Position numbers and translations under genes: made by a program. A stretch of DNA of 64,000 bases from Gordius albopunctatus. Taxonomy: Eukaryota. The stretch lies in contig OZ193909.1 in assembly GCA_964276515.1 (NCBI GenBank), positions 4,340,001 to 4,404,000 of the forward strand, read 5' to 3'. The notes below the pieces were generated by a model. That model was not told where the DNA came from. It saw nothing but the letters and a program-made list of their open reading frames with translations, and did no database searches. This document shows, piece by piece, positions 51,223 to 64,000 of this stretch; within the stretch, counting starts at the first letter, position 1; each line of letters begins with the position of its first letter.

Positions 51223-54200
51223 TTCCAAACTCTAAATTTTTGCGTTACAAGGTCTATAAAAGGTTGGTATTAGATTACTTAAAGGGTTAGATAGCATCAA
51301 TCAGATGTCTTTACCTTAAAATTAAAACAATTTTTTTAAATATTAACCAATCAGTTCTGGTTGCGAATTAGAAGTAACTGTACATCACTATTTATGAGGA
51401 CATTTTGGGGGATACTTCTCACACCCCAATAACGGGAAATTTTACCCCATTCGCTTTAGTCATAAAATAAAACATTTCATAATAAATAAAATTTAAAGAT
51501 TTTATAAAACAAAAGAAAACAACTTTATTTGTTATAAAATGTGATTACATTGAAATAGTTTCTTGCAAAAAAATTTAATAGCCTTGATATTAAAAAGTGG
51601 TTCAAGATTTTTGTATTAAAATATAAGAATTGCTGGGTTTATTAATTTTAAAAATAGTAGGCAGTAACATATATTTGTAGTTTTCCTAAACGCTTCCTGA
51701 AACTAAAAGTAGAGAAAAAATGCTAAATTTTGAATGATATTAATATTATTAAAGGCGAATCAATAAACCCGCATATTGGATAGATTATTGTTGACAACGC
51801 AAATTAAAGTTTTATGCAACTTCGAACTAAATTAAATCTGCATAATAAGCATTAAAAAGTTATGACATAAAAAATTACCAACAAAAACCTCCAATAATAG
51901 CTTTCGGTAGGACACTTTTAATTTAAAATTAACATTCGAAACAAAAAAATTTTGATTTTTAATTCAAAATTCTAGTAATGTTTATAACTATAAGATTTTG
52001 CTGTCGATTATGGCGTGATAAGTTAATTTGTTTATTAAGATGTTCTTATGCAAAATATATGAAGCAAACGATTCATTGCATAATTTAATAATCTTCAAAT
52101 TAATAGTCAATTATGATTGTGTCATAAAATAATATTTTAACAATAAGTCAGTCTGGTAGGAAAAACCTTTAAAACAAGAAAAATCTAGAAATCTATTAAT
52201 TTTTTATTTCCACAATAGTTATTTTTAATAAATAATAATATAGCTCGTTGTTGGTTATGTAATTTGTTGATAAATTAATTTTAATAACATTTTGTGAATT
52301 TTGTTTTGTGAATTATGTTATTAAAATTCTTCAAAACAACAGTTCAATGCATATAGGTAATTTTATATTTGTTATAAAACAATTTATCTTAAAAAATTGT
52401 TATTCTAACTGAAGGAGAAAAATGGGTTTAGAAGTAAATTAATTTGCATTAAACACTCAAATATAAAGATTTTTCTTTAATCGACCAGCAAATATTTTTT
52501 CTCAACTCTGTAATCTTTTATTCCATTTGATAACATTTCCCTTGATTAAGACTAAAACAAAGTTCGGTTGAGAGTTTTGATTAAAAACATTAATATTTAA
52601 TAACTCTTAGTCTTCTCCTTTTTGAAAGGGCAAAATTTAATTTGGAGAAAATGGTTTTTGATTGATTATGGATGGACCGCATAGACTTACTACTTATATA
52701 GAGTCGAGGCAATATAAATTGTATCCATTTCTCTTTGTGCTCCCCTAGCTAGCTAGCCTAGCTAGTATATATAAACATGTATTAAAGATGAGGAGAGATG
52801 AAAAAGCACACCATCTATCTATAGAAGACACCTAAAAATCACTTGACGACCAGATCTCACCCCATGTCTTCCTCCGCATTCGACATATTGATATTATTGC
52901 TATATACAAACAAACAAAAAACCAAAAAGGGCCCCCTTCCTGATCTCTGCAAAAAACATTGAGAAAAAAGGTACGATAGTCTCTCCTCCTATGTGTAGGA
53001 GATCTGTATTGATTAATATTTTTGTAATATATTGGATTATTTTGGATACCTCTTTTCCCTCAATTTCTCCCATTCGCCTAGCTCTAAAATCCCTTTAACA
53101 TTATATAGGAAGATCTAGCTAAGCCTACCCCCTCTTCTCGTGCATACGTTGATCAATCTTCTCAAATAAAATTTATTCCTCTTTTGGCTAATACTGTAGA
53201 GGGATAGATAATAATTGCAAGAAAATAGGAAAGAAGCTTTTAACTAATTTTTAAATTGTTTTGAGCTGTATGGCTTTAGTATACTAAAAATTTTAAATTG
53301 CGTAGTTAATTATAAAAGGATTGGTTTTAATATAAATTTTAGATTTAAGCATTTTTAATGGTTTTTGTTAGCAAAAATTGTAAATTGTTTTAATAATTAT
53401 AAATTTAAGTTATATCTATAAATTGTCATACCCTCGTTTATGTTTGCCAGCGATTTTTAAAGGAAACGGGGAAATCAATATAAATTTAGATTGCTAATTA
53501 AAATTTCGTTTCGTGACTAAATTTACTATAATACACATAGCATATTTTTGATGTAGATTGTTAAATAGTGAGAATTCCCCATAGATCATTGACACATAAA
53601 TTTATTCCAATTTCGGGTTTTAAAAAATTATGATTTGCATTGCCTTTTTGCTATCCTGATCAGAGATGCTAAAATATCTTCAACTCTCAATATTAGCGTT
53701 TGAAAATGCCAAATACAAAATTTGATGGGCTGATTGGACATCTAATTCTTTATTTTTATTAAATTATCTACGTTTTAATTATTGTTTTGCACATTTTGGT
53801 TCAAAGTGTTTGTAAAATAAAAATATCTAATAAATTTTTTAAATAATTTCAAAAAAGTGTCCAAAATCCTTTTTTAAGCAACTGTTAAAATGTTTTCTTG
53901 GTTAAATATAATTTTATTCAAGCTGATTAAAATAAAGATCTCACTCATTGAGCATCAGGGGCATTAGGCTAATTAATTTGTTGTACAATGAGATAAAATT
54001 TGCATGAATATTCTGAGGTGGTGGGTCGAGGCAAATGAGACGACAATATGAGATATAATAATAATATACCTACTTTGCATAACATCCACACTCTTCTAAT
54101 TTAAATAATATTAGGCTCTCATTACACACGTATTCAAATTAATTAACGATCCTCACGATGTTTGAATACTTAATGGATGAGCTACGCTGAGATGGCTTAC

Positions 54201-55475
54201 CCTTCTCTTTCCTAACTTCTGTGGTCACTCGAATATTTTATTACTTTAAAGGAAAGAAAACTGACGACAAATTGTAAGGGAAAATTAAACGTGCTCAAAG
54301 AAAAGTGGACAAAGTTTGTTTATAATCTTATATATGAAAAGTAGTAATTGTATTCTTTAATAAATTGATGCCGGGGCAAGTTATAGCTCCGTTTAGAAAG
54401 ATACATTTTTATATTGACTACCTATTGATGTGTTATATTGGCAACTAAATGTAAAATTTACTAAAATAATTGGCAAATATATAGGGCAAAATGATGACCA
54501 ATAATTTCATAAAAATATATTCTTGCTTGCTTTCGTTTAATTTTATAACAATATATTTCTATTTTGAAATCAGAAAATTGTCTACCTATTTTTATACAAA
54601 TAAAAATTTATATAAAGTGGATATAAAAAGTTATCATCTTTTTTTGGGGGGGGCGAAACGTTTGAAAGTTTAATTAGGGGGGGGGGGGGGGGGGTAAAAC
54701 ATAAAACTTTTTAATTTTTAAGGTTTTTTGCATTGAACATTTTTTTTCGCCATTTAGGGGTGGCTAGCCCCTGAATTTTATTTTAATTGAATAAACACTT
54801 GAATTTCAAATGTATGCTTAGTTTCAAATTTATATCGATTAAATATATTTTGTAAATTCTTGCAATGAATTCTGAATAAGGAGGCATCGTTAATTAATAA
54901 TCACAGCTATCTGTCATAACGTTTTGAAATACCCCAAAACTCATTGCTGAAATTTGGTTTTGGATAGCTTATAATAATAACAATTTTAACTGAATCTTAA
55001 AAGTAAAACGGATGTAATAATTATTATAATTGACTTTGAATAAACTTTGTATTTATACTAGTCGAAAATGAGTAAGCCTTTAATGGAGCTCACATTTTCT
55101 TATATTTCATTTTTACATACTCTCAAAGTCCAAACTGAGTGCTTATAGTAAAATATTCAACCTAATATTAAAAAAGCACATCTATTTGCATATTTTAAAT
55201 AGTTATATACAAACTTAGTTTAAATAAATTTATTGGAGAAAATGGAAATTATTTGTTTTAGACTACAATAAAAATGAAACTTTTGTCGTAAGCTATTTAA
55301 TATCTTATCTCATTACGCCTGTTTTATAATGGTATGGTCTGTGTCAGTCACCTTAGCCATATTCAAATTTCAATCATATTAATGAACGCAAAATTTAAAT
55401 TCTGGAAACTCCTCATTTTAATATTAAAATAATAAAATTCTTGATTTTAGGCAACAATTATATGAATAATAAGAT

Positions 55476-55640
55476 AATGGGCGAAGGCAAGATTGGAAAT
55501 AGAGGGGGGGGGCAATAATGATTTAAGTAGGGGCAAAGTGATGTTGTTACCTAATTTTAGCCATAATTAAAAAAATTTTAACAAATTTATTTATTTAGAA
55601 GGGGCAGCCACCCCTTCCTGCCTCCCCTTAGCTACGCACA
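55476..55640. mobile_element. hAT-type MITE, family A
   Basis: Interior matches 6759-6920; 8-bp TSD AATAAGAT (55468-55475 / 55641-55648). Confidence 0.85.
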
Positions 55641-57409
55641 AATAAGATTCAACAATTTGTCCCAACTAAGAACTAACCATGATGATAATTTTAGATTTGA
55701 ACCTATCGTTTGGTTAAGATGATGATATTATAAAGATTAAATGCAAAATACCGGTTTATGTGTCTTTCCATTTTTTAAATTATTTTAAAGGGGTCTATAT
55801 ATAAGATAGTGTCTAAGAAATTATTTAAATTAAAGGTTTGTGAGTCTAATTAACATTTCTAACTATAAATTTGAATAAACAACGAAATTTCACTTAAGAT
55901 TATTTTAAACTCATGGTTTTGAATTTATTCCCTAACAACATTTTTAAAAAGTAGCACTCCTTTGAAGTTCCATTATGTGGGGATACATAATGTGTTCTTG
56001 ACTATATTAAGCTTTTGATTATATATATATTAATCCATGGGCGTAGCAGGGGGGGGGCAGAGATGGGCGGCTGCCCTCCCTCTAAATCCGTAATTTTTTA
56101 AATTTAATATAAATATGGCTAAAATTAAAAAAAATTGCCCCTCTCTAATTGGTGAAGGTAAAGAAAAACAAAATTATCAAACAAGCTTCCTAACACAGTA
56201 GTGAATATGGTAAAGTTCACCACAGAATATATCTACTTTTTTAGATTTGCCTTTCCATGTAAATGTGCAACCAGGGCACCCCTATGTTTCCAGAAATCTT
56301 CTAAACTCAATAATAAATTCTAGCAAATTAGGATTTACCGCTCGTTACAAAACAAGTTATTTAAATTTTTAATCCTCCTTAAAGTAGTCCCGTCCAACCA
56401 TACCCATATCATGTCCACGTTTTACAAATATAAATAGACCTAAATAAATATAAGTTGCTATTTTTAGACATATGAAATCATGTTAGAGGAGGACAATAAT
56501 GATTTAGGGAGGAACAAAATGATCATCTAAAGAAATTTCAGCCATAATTTTAATAAATTTCGACAAATTCTTTGATTTAGAGGGGGGCAGCTGCCCCTTG
56601 GCTACAACACCCATGTATGACATTGAATATTTTGAAAGCCGGATTACAAAAACTTCGTTTCGTTTTCGTGCTTCATAATTTAAAGATTTATACGTTTCAT
56701 TCCAAAATTAGAGGAGGATTTAATTCCGCTCGGCTGACAATTTATTAATTTAGAGGCTAATGTCTGGGTAAAGAGGGTATTTAACGTTAAAAGATCGAAT
56801 AATCTTTTATCAGCACAACAACGCAAACGCCGTCACATTAATCTTATTTTATTAAGGAAATTTTGATAAATTAAAAAATATATAATTTTGCTATGATATG
56901 ATGGATTAATTTAACCAATACCTCATAAATTAGATTGGGTTTTGGGATGACATAGAGCATTAATTAAATTAAAATTTCACTCTAAAAGTGACAGTCGTAC
57001 AGAAATTTAATTTAATTAAAGGATTTAGTGGAGTTTTCACTTTAGCTCCTTTTCTTCCATCATACACGCACACCCCTCTCGATGTGTTGAATATATATAT
57101 ATATCAAGTGTTAACACTTTTTAGGATTAAATGTGGTTTATCAAATTTTTCTTGGCACTTTTGATAAAGTTTTACAATGCTCCACTCTAAATCCATAAAT
57201 CCTTTAAGATTTCCTATAATAATGGCTAAAATTTCAAAAAATTGTCATTTTGCTCCTCATCATAATAGCCCCCCCCCCCCCGGCCTCTAGCTTCAATTCT
57301 GGATACGCCCATGTTTTTAATAGTTCCAATTTAATTTACATAGACTGTCATTTTTTATGAATATTAATCAAACACTATCTTAAGAATGTGATAATTTGGA
57401 ATTAGAGCA

Positions 57410-57560
57410 CATGGGGCCAAGGGGGGGGGCCCTCTAAATCCAAAAATTTGTTGAAATTTATTAGAATTATGGCTAAAATTTAAACAAACTATTATTTTGC
57501 CCCTTCCTGAATCATTATTGCCCCCCTCCCCCTCTAATTTCAATGCTGACTCCGCTCATG
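57410..57560. mobile_element. hAT-type MITE, family A (inverted)
   Basis: CATGG...CTCCGCTCATG; TSD TTAGAGCA/TTAGAACA (7/8 match). Confidence 0.8.
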
Positions 57561-60001
57561 TTAGAACACCTTTTCAGCTATTAATTATCACTTTGTGGTT
57601 GTTTTACCACGTTAATAAATTTTTGTTTTAATTATAACAAATGTAAGCATTATGATGACCCATTTTATTCTATTTGTTTTGTAGCAGTCGCGCGTGTATG
57701 TTTTTATGCTACGGACTGGAGTGCCTTTATGATTAATGATTAAAATCGCATATAATAATATGTAAATTTGTTAAACACATGTATTAATGGGGTAAATTTG
57801 AGTTTTGTAATCATCATCATACTTCTAGCAGCCTGGCTAACCTAACTAACAAAACCATAAAAATAATTAGGTGTCGGATGATATCTAATCTAGCAATCTT
57901 TTGAGTAGCGAGATTTATAAACTATAATAATACCTATGCTCGCATAATAAAATTTTAATTTACGATTTTAATTTGTTGAAGTTAGGAAAGAAATAAATCA
58001 GCAAGTCTATAAATTAAAAATACGTTTAGCATATATCACACCTACACTGTAAAATCAAATTAATTAACTCTGTAAAAAAGACTAAAATTAAAAGTAGATT
58101 AGGGATGGTTAATTTAATAATTTAATATGACGTCAAATAATGGTATTTTCTATTTTTGGAGGATCTTAGATATAGCGGTTTTTAAGGATTTTATTATGAA
58201 TAAATTACATTGATGCGTTAAATTAGGTGGCACGTGTAAATATCACGTTTATTAACGTTGCGTATTTGTATAAATCACAATATCACACTTCACGTGTGCA
58301 AATTAAATTAAAGTTTTTATTTTACCACATTTCTCGTATCGTATCCCAAACTGCAGCATTTGGCTTGGTCATTTCGAGAAAAACAAATTAAATTAGAATG
58401 AGAAATATATGCGACATTGGATCCTTGCCTTGTTTTCTTCAATATCGAATAATGAACATTTAGGATTAACAAGAAAATAAGTTTTGTCGTATTAATTTGT
58501 TTTTGAGTGGGAAGCATAATATAATTTTCTTATAGGGGCTGAAATAACCCCTTTATAAGCCGTAAAAATAGAGGACCTCTAACTAAACAGAAAAATCCCG
58601 TTTTGAAACCCGAAATTAAAAAATGAAAAAGTTCCCAAGTTTTAGGCAAAAAAATGAAATACCAAGAATATATAAATCACAATACAGGGAAGGGATGACT
58701 TACTTTCGGTAAGCTCATATCAATAAAGAACCCTTTAAGATGGAGCCATATATAGAGGAGTGACGACAGGTAATAAGCAATAAAGATTATGTATAAAAAT
58801 ATTGGAGAGCCCCCCCCCCCCTTTAAATCCAAAGCTTGGTACGAGGCAATTAGTAGGATTGTAAAATGTTATTACTACATAAGCTTATAATTTATAATAC
58901 CTATTTAGCAAATTAGAGTTATAGTCGCTTCTACTAATGACTCTATTAATGTTAGATACCTCAAGAGGCCGACGAAATGTTAATAATATATAACGAACGA
59001 TAATGAAACTTTCAAAATTGTTGGTTGAATTTAATGAATTTAAAACTGTATAAAACGGATTAGTATGGAAGTCAACATTTCGCTCCTCACTTAACCTGGC
59101 ATTTCTTTATTTTTGGCCTAATATCTCTGCCTGGAGGAAAAGCCTTTTTTAAGAATTCACATTTTTAATTAAGCCTCATGTTTGGTAAGACCAGATATAT
59201 CTCTATTTTTATCTACAACTCAAAAGTTCAAGCAAAAATTGCGCTTTTTCCGACATTAAATATCTTACCTGGAATTAAATCTTATATATTTAAAGGTACT
59301 TAATTTATGGATTTAAGGTCTTTATTAAAATATTTTGTAACGAAATTTTAATTAAATTTCAACATGCAATATTTAGACCGCTAAAATTCATTTTTTGTAT
59401 CTAAAACACTTAATTACACACAGGAGACTTTTAAGGTTAAAATAATAAAAAAAACGTATTGTTAGTGCTGTTATTAAAAAAATTCTTATTTCTTTTTTAA
59501 TAGTTTATTAATTTGATAATTAGATTAATGTAGGGTGATTAGCTTGTGTATTAGGTTATAAATATTAAATGCACTTTTGAAAGAATAAATTGTTTTATTT
59601 TCATATAAATAGATTTTATTTTCTAATAAATGTCCATCTATGTCATTGATAAAATTAGAAATGAATGGATTCATATCCTATGAACTTATTCCCAAGTTTT
59701 GCGTAAGTTAATGTTAATGGTGAATATGTCAATCAATCAATAAACTTGTTAAACTATGGAAATGTATACCATTATCGGCTTAAAAGAGTAAATTTCGTAA
59801 AAATCGCATTAAAAAAGTTTTTATCTATGTCGCGAATTAATAGATAGCATAAATATCTGTTTGGCTAGTCTTCTCATGCTCTCATATGACAAAGGCTACT
59901 TTACTGTTAAGCTGGAACACGAAAATAAATAGAGTTGTTGTAGTCAAGAGGACAGTTTAGGGGCTACAAAAATTACTATGCTGATTAAAGTAGGGGCCAC
60001 C

Positions 60002-60204
60002 TAGAGTTGTTAAATTGCTAACTTTCTTCAACTCCAGCTACCATCTGCTCGAGTTTCTGCTCGGTCCTCGAGTATTTTTATATGCTAATGTTCTACCTAG
60101 TGCACCGAACAGAGAGCACATATTGTGTTAACGCGCATATTAAGCAACTCAGTGTGCGTGCTCGCGTCTGGAGTTTGAAGAAAGTTAGCAATTTAACAAC
60201 TCTA
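60002..60204. mobile_element. hAT-type MITE, family B
   Basis: TIR TAGAGTTGTTAAATTGCTAACTTTCTTCAA at both ends; perfect 8-bp TSD GGGCCACC (59994-60001 / 60205-60212). Confidence 0.92.
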
Positions 60205-61649
60205 GGGCCACCAAAGGTTGATTTCCAAATGAAGTTATCGTCGTAATTTCCTCGTTGAGTACGTGTATTTTGGATTAAGGAACTTGCTTGCTAAGAAGTA
60301 AGAAGTCCCTATTGCTGCCCAAGTAGTAACGTGTATGGTAGTAACATTATTTCAACCCAAATAAAACAATTTAAAATTAATTTTTAGATCGGGTTTTCCA
60401 AACTAATAATGTCTTGGGGCGGGTTACAGTATATATATTTTTTGCTCTAGTAAGAATCTGGTTATAAAATCACTACTTTCGAGTTCTCTTATTTGTGAGA
60501 GGCATCGATCCCCCGACCAGGCTTTTTTGTCATGATAACTCCACAAATTATTCAATTATAATTTACGACAAAAATTATACTTTTTTATTGCCTAATCTGT
60601 AGCTCCTTTTTGTATCCCGTCTTTACGTTTATTACATAATCGTCGCCAAAATTTGTTTAATTGCCCCCCGACCACCATCATAAACGCTCTTATTATGTAA
60701 AAATACAACAACTTTCCCATGCATAAAATCATAGGCTCACAGGCAAGTAGTTACTTTAATTTTTACATGTTAAGAATTATTGTGAGAAAAGCTATGATGA
60801 TGGGAGGAGATGAGATAAGATCTTTCTTTCTCCTCTCTACACATTTCCTAGGTTATTATTATTATAAAATCTACAAAAATGCATGTGGGTGGGAAGGAAG
60901 GCAGGGGGTAAATAAATGATAAAATTTGCTGATGTCCTTTTGTTGAGTATATCTTTCAAAAATACTCTCCTCATAAGCACGCACAACAATGCTGAGTTTA
61001 TGAAGAAAAAAAAGGAACTTTTATTACGTAATTACGTTATTCAATTGTTAATTTTATATTTATTCTTTTTATCCAAATGTAAACTTTCCATCCATTATTC
61101 TATGTCAAAATTCCTGATGTTTCACAACTCAAGTCTTTTTCAAGTTGTTATCTTCGCGTCAAAACAACTCCTTTTATTATCTAACATCGTCGAGAGCGAG
61201 ACCGGGGGGGGGGCATCAATTAAAATTGTTTTCGTAACTATTACAACGCGCATTCAGAAATTTTTAATTATTAAAATATTAATTACAGCAGTTAAGTGCC
61301 TTAATCAAAACCCTCCAATTCAATATGATACTGTTAAATTTACACGTAAAAAATAAAAGTGTAAAAATTGAATTTCTTGTTAGACTAATCGTTTATAAAG
61401 TCACAAATGTGGCAAAAGCGGGAAAAGCTAAATCAGCTTGAAACTAAAATAATTTTTTAACATATTGTAATTTCCAAGATTTAAAGTTTGTAACTTTGCT
61501 TCTCACAAGCCGGGTGTCAATACGTGCGGGTGGGGCCATTTAAAAAGCAAATGACTAATTTGTAAAATTTGTAATTAAATATATATTATACGCTTCGTAA
61601 TTAAAATGATTTACTATCAAAGGCCATAGGCGAGAAAATTTGATTCTTA

Positions 61650-61940
61650 TTCAAAAAAAAGCTGATCAGAAAAAAAGCTAATAAAAAATTTAGACCCCAA
61701 AATGTTCTTGATGTCTTATGAAGTGTATGTCATATAGCAAATTTGAAAATAAAATTTAAATATTGAATATATAAAAATGGGTTAGATATTCAAAAATAGA
61801 ATTTTTAAAAATAAGATCTAATAATTAGATTTATTAATAAGATATCTAAAAATATAATAGATATTCAAAAATGGTATAAAAAATGGAATATTCAAAAAAT
61901 GATTTATTAGCTTTTTTTCTGATCAGCTTATTTTCGAAGA
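61650..61940. repeat. Foldback/MITE-like element with a 27-bp perfect inverted repeat
   Basis: AAGCTGATCAGAAAAAAAGCTAATAAA (61659-61685) vs its reverse complement (61903-61929); internal TAGATATTCAAAAAT repeats. Confidence 0.7.
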
Positions 61941-63569
61941 GCTTTATTTTTGAACTGAAACGGAAAATTTCACCCAACTACAACTAATTGAATGATATGT
62001 ATAAGTCTACAAGCTTTCGCAGGTTTGAAATTTGAATTAACGTGAATTAATAATTTTCTTATTTATAAAAAAAGTGATATAAAAAGGATTTTTTTCATTT
62101 AAAATAGAAGGTATAAAGGCATTAGGGGGAAGAAATTTAACTTTGAAATAGTTAAATACGCAAAAAGAATTATTTTGAGGGTTGTGCACCTATATTTTAG
62201 TCAAAATATAAATATAATTAATTAGTTGAAAAAATAAGGATTTAAGGAAATCGAAGGTTTTAGGCTCGAAGAGATCGACTTAGTTTAACAAAATAAATCC
62301 AGCGTCTTTGTTAAATAAAAAAATCATATTTAAAAAACCATAATGTTCAAAATTTTATTTGAGGCCTGAGTAAATGCTACTGATCTTTTAAACTGAAAGG
62401 AAGGGGGACATTTTAATAGAAATATTCAATAATGCCTCGAAGAGATTCCTCCAAAAATATGAGACTCACCAGTTAACATAATATTACATTTATTTGTGGC
62501 CCCAAAAAACCTAAATTTTATTGTTTAATTCGAAACGCAAATCGCCGTTCTGTGATATTGCTTTAAAATGTTTGAGATCCTTTACCAATTTATCTCTTTC
62601 ATAGTATATCCAATTGTGATCAAACCTTGTTAAACGATTGTCATATTTTTTTGTCCTTTTAAATTCTCAAATTGAATCCAAGATTGTTAAAATAAAAAAG
62701 AAAGTTGAAAGTTTAATATATTGGATAGGTTTTATGGCAATATATTATAATTTATCATTTCTAATCGTTGGTTATTTTGATTTTAGTCCATGCCAAAAAA
62801 TAACATAAGATTTAAATCACAAAAAACTTAAAATAGCATGTCTTTAGCCAATTTTAAGATAGCCACTCATTTTTCTGCCATTTGTTATTCGTATAAAAAA
62901 TGTTAAATTATTCGTTAGAAAAAGAGGCATTCGAGCCAAAATGTTTTCCTGAATTAAGAAGAAAATATAGAATCAAAGTATTAATTTAACATTATAATTT
63001 TTTAGGATTTACCGCTCGGATGGGTTATAAAAGAGGGATATGATTTTCACTAATTTTTTATTTTGGCTTTAAATATAATAAAACACAACCGAATAAAAAT
63101 ATTTTACTATCCGGTAAGTTCTAAAGTTTAAATTTTTTCAATGTGGATAATATTTAATTTTGAATTATAAACAAATTATGCAGAACTATGTAATTTTTTA
63201 TAATATTTAGTCGCTTATTATTTCTAAACACCTTGCTTAAATGTATATTAGCATAAAGCCCTATCTTTTATTTTTAAAATTTATCAGTCATTTGCCCGTG
63301 CATTAAACTAATGTTGCGTAGCCAGGTTTTGGATTAGCGGAGGGGGGCAAAACATAATTTTATTTTAATTTTCAAAATAAATTATGAAACCATTAAAATA
63401 TTGTTTTAATTTTTTAGATTTATCGAACATGAAAAGGACGAAAGTTTGATAGGCAAAAAAAACAACATAAATAATATAACCCCCAAAGAGTATTATGCAA
63501 CACATTCAAAAGCTTATTTTTCATTAAATAATTGGATCATTTAAAGTTGTCTAATATGGCTGGCTCATA

Positions 63570-63760
63570 TCTTATATATAAAAATGAAACTATGTGTGTA
63601 TGTATGTTTGTATGTGTGAAGCCACAAATTTTGGAGAACTACCAGACCGATTTGGCTCAAAATTTCACAGTTTATTACCCACACTCCGGAGCATGTTTTA
63701 AGACATGTTCGAGCCAAATCGGTCAAGTAGTTTTCGAGATATTTTGTTTTATACGTTTTG
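63570..63760 (+). mobile_element. Non-autonomous Helitron-like 5' end
   Basis: A|TCTTATATATAAAAATG, TGTA/TGTG microsatellite, AACTACCAGACCGATTTGGCTCAAAATTT with the inverted partner TTCGAGCCAAATCGGTC. No 3' CTRR hairpin identified. Confidence 0.5.
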
Positions 63761-64000
63761 ACGTTAAAATGTCAATCAAACGCAACCTCATCGTGTTCTT
63801 TGAAAATTTCAATATATACAGTTCTTTAGTAAAAGTGTATCACTTATTGTATTTTCTAAAACGTAATCTTTTTTTAACGGTGACAACATAAAATGTATCA
63901 ATTAAACTTGAAATAAATAAAATTTCTTTCTAATTGGATTTTTTCATTCTTGGATTAGGCATGTGCTGCTGAAAATAGAAACTTTTTACGATTTGAAAGA

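Noticed and set aside
60455..60530. tRNA-like sequence (ATCGATCCCCCGACCAGGC followed by a T-run)
   Set aside because: No convincing D or anticodon arms and no intact TTCG loop; at most a decayed SINE or tRNA relic.
50260..63891. Short AT-rich ORFs (50260, 54491, 58317, 60719, 60916, 63532)
   Set aside because: Low-complexity F/I/L/K-rich translations typical of random AT-rich DNA, with no motifs or exon chains.

Overview
AT-rich eukaryotic (animal-like, probably invertebrate) genomic DNA, not prokaryotic. It holds three intron-rich host genes that I spliced by hand into open frames: SHOC2/Sur-8 (+, 16 exons, 533 aa), ARPC1 (+, 8 exons, ~383 aa, last exon tentative) and phosphatidylinositol synthase CDIPT/PIS (-, 6 exons, 221 aa). 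They sit among decayed and nested transposons: Gypsy LTR elements, RTE-type LINEs, a CRE-like RLE retroposon, a hobo/Hermes-like hAT, hAT and MULE MITEs with readable TSDs, and a Helitron-like end. About 50-64 kb is gene-free with MITEs. Main observations: (1) only 1 of 27 host 5' splice sites has the normally dominant G at +5, and 10 lack both -1G and +5G, which suggests a divergent spliceosome; (2) 34-43 nt micro-introns, also inside a transposase; (3) the first ~1.5 kb of the genes is CpG-depleted, including ~1.39 kb with no CpG in ARPC1, while 3' exons are CpG-rich, suggesting 5'-restricted gene-body methylation; (4) a LINE carrying two tandem, diverged APE endonuclease cores. All counts are by eye and no database searches were run.
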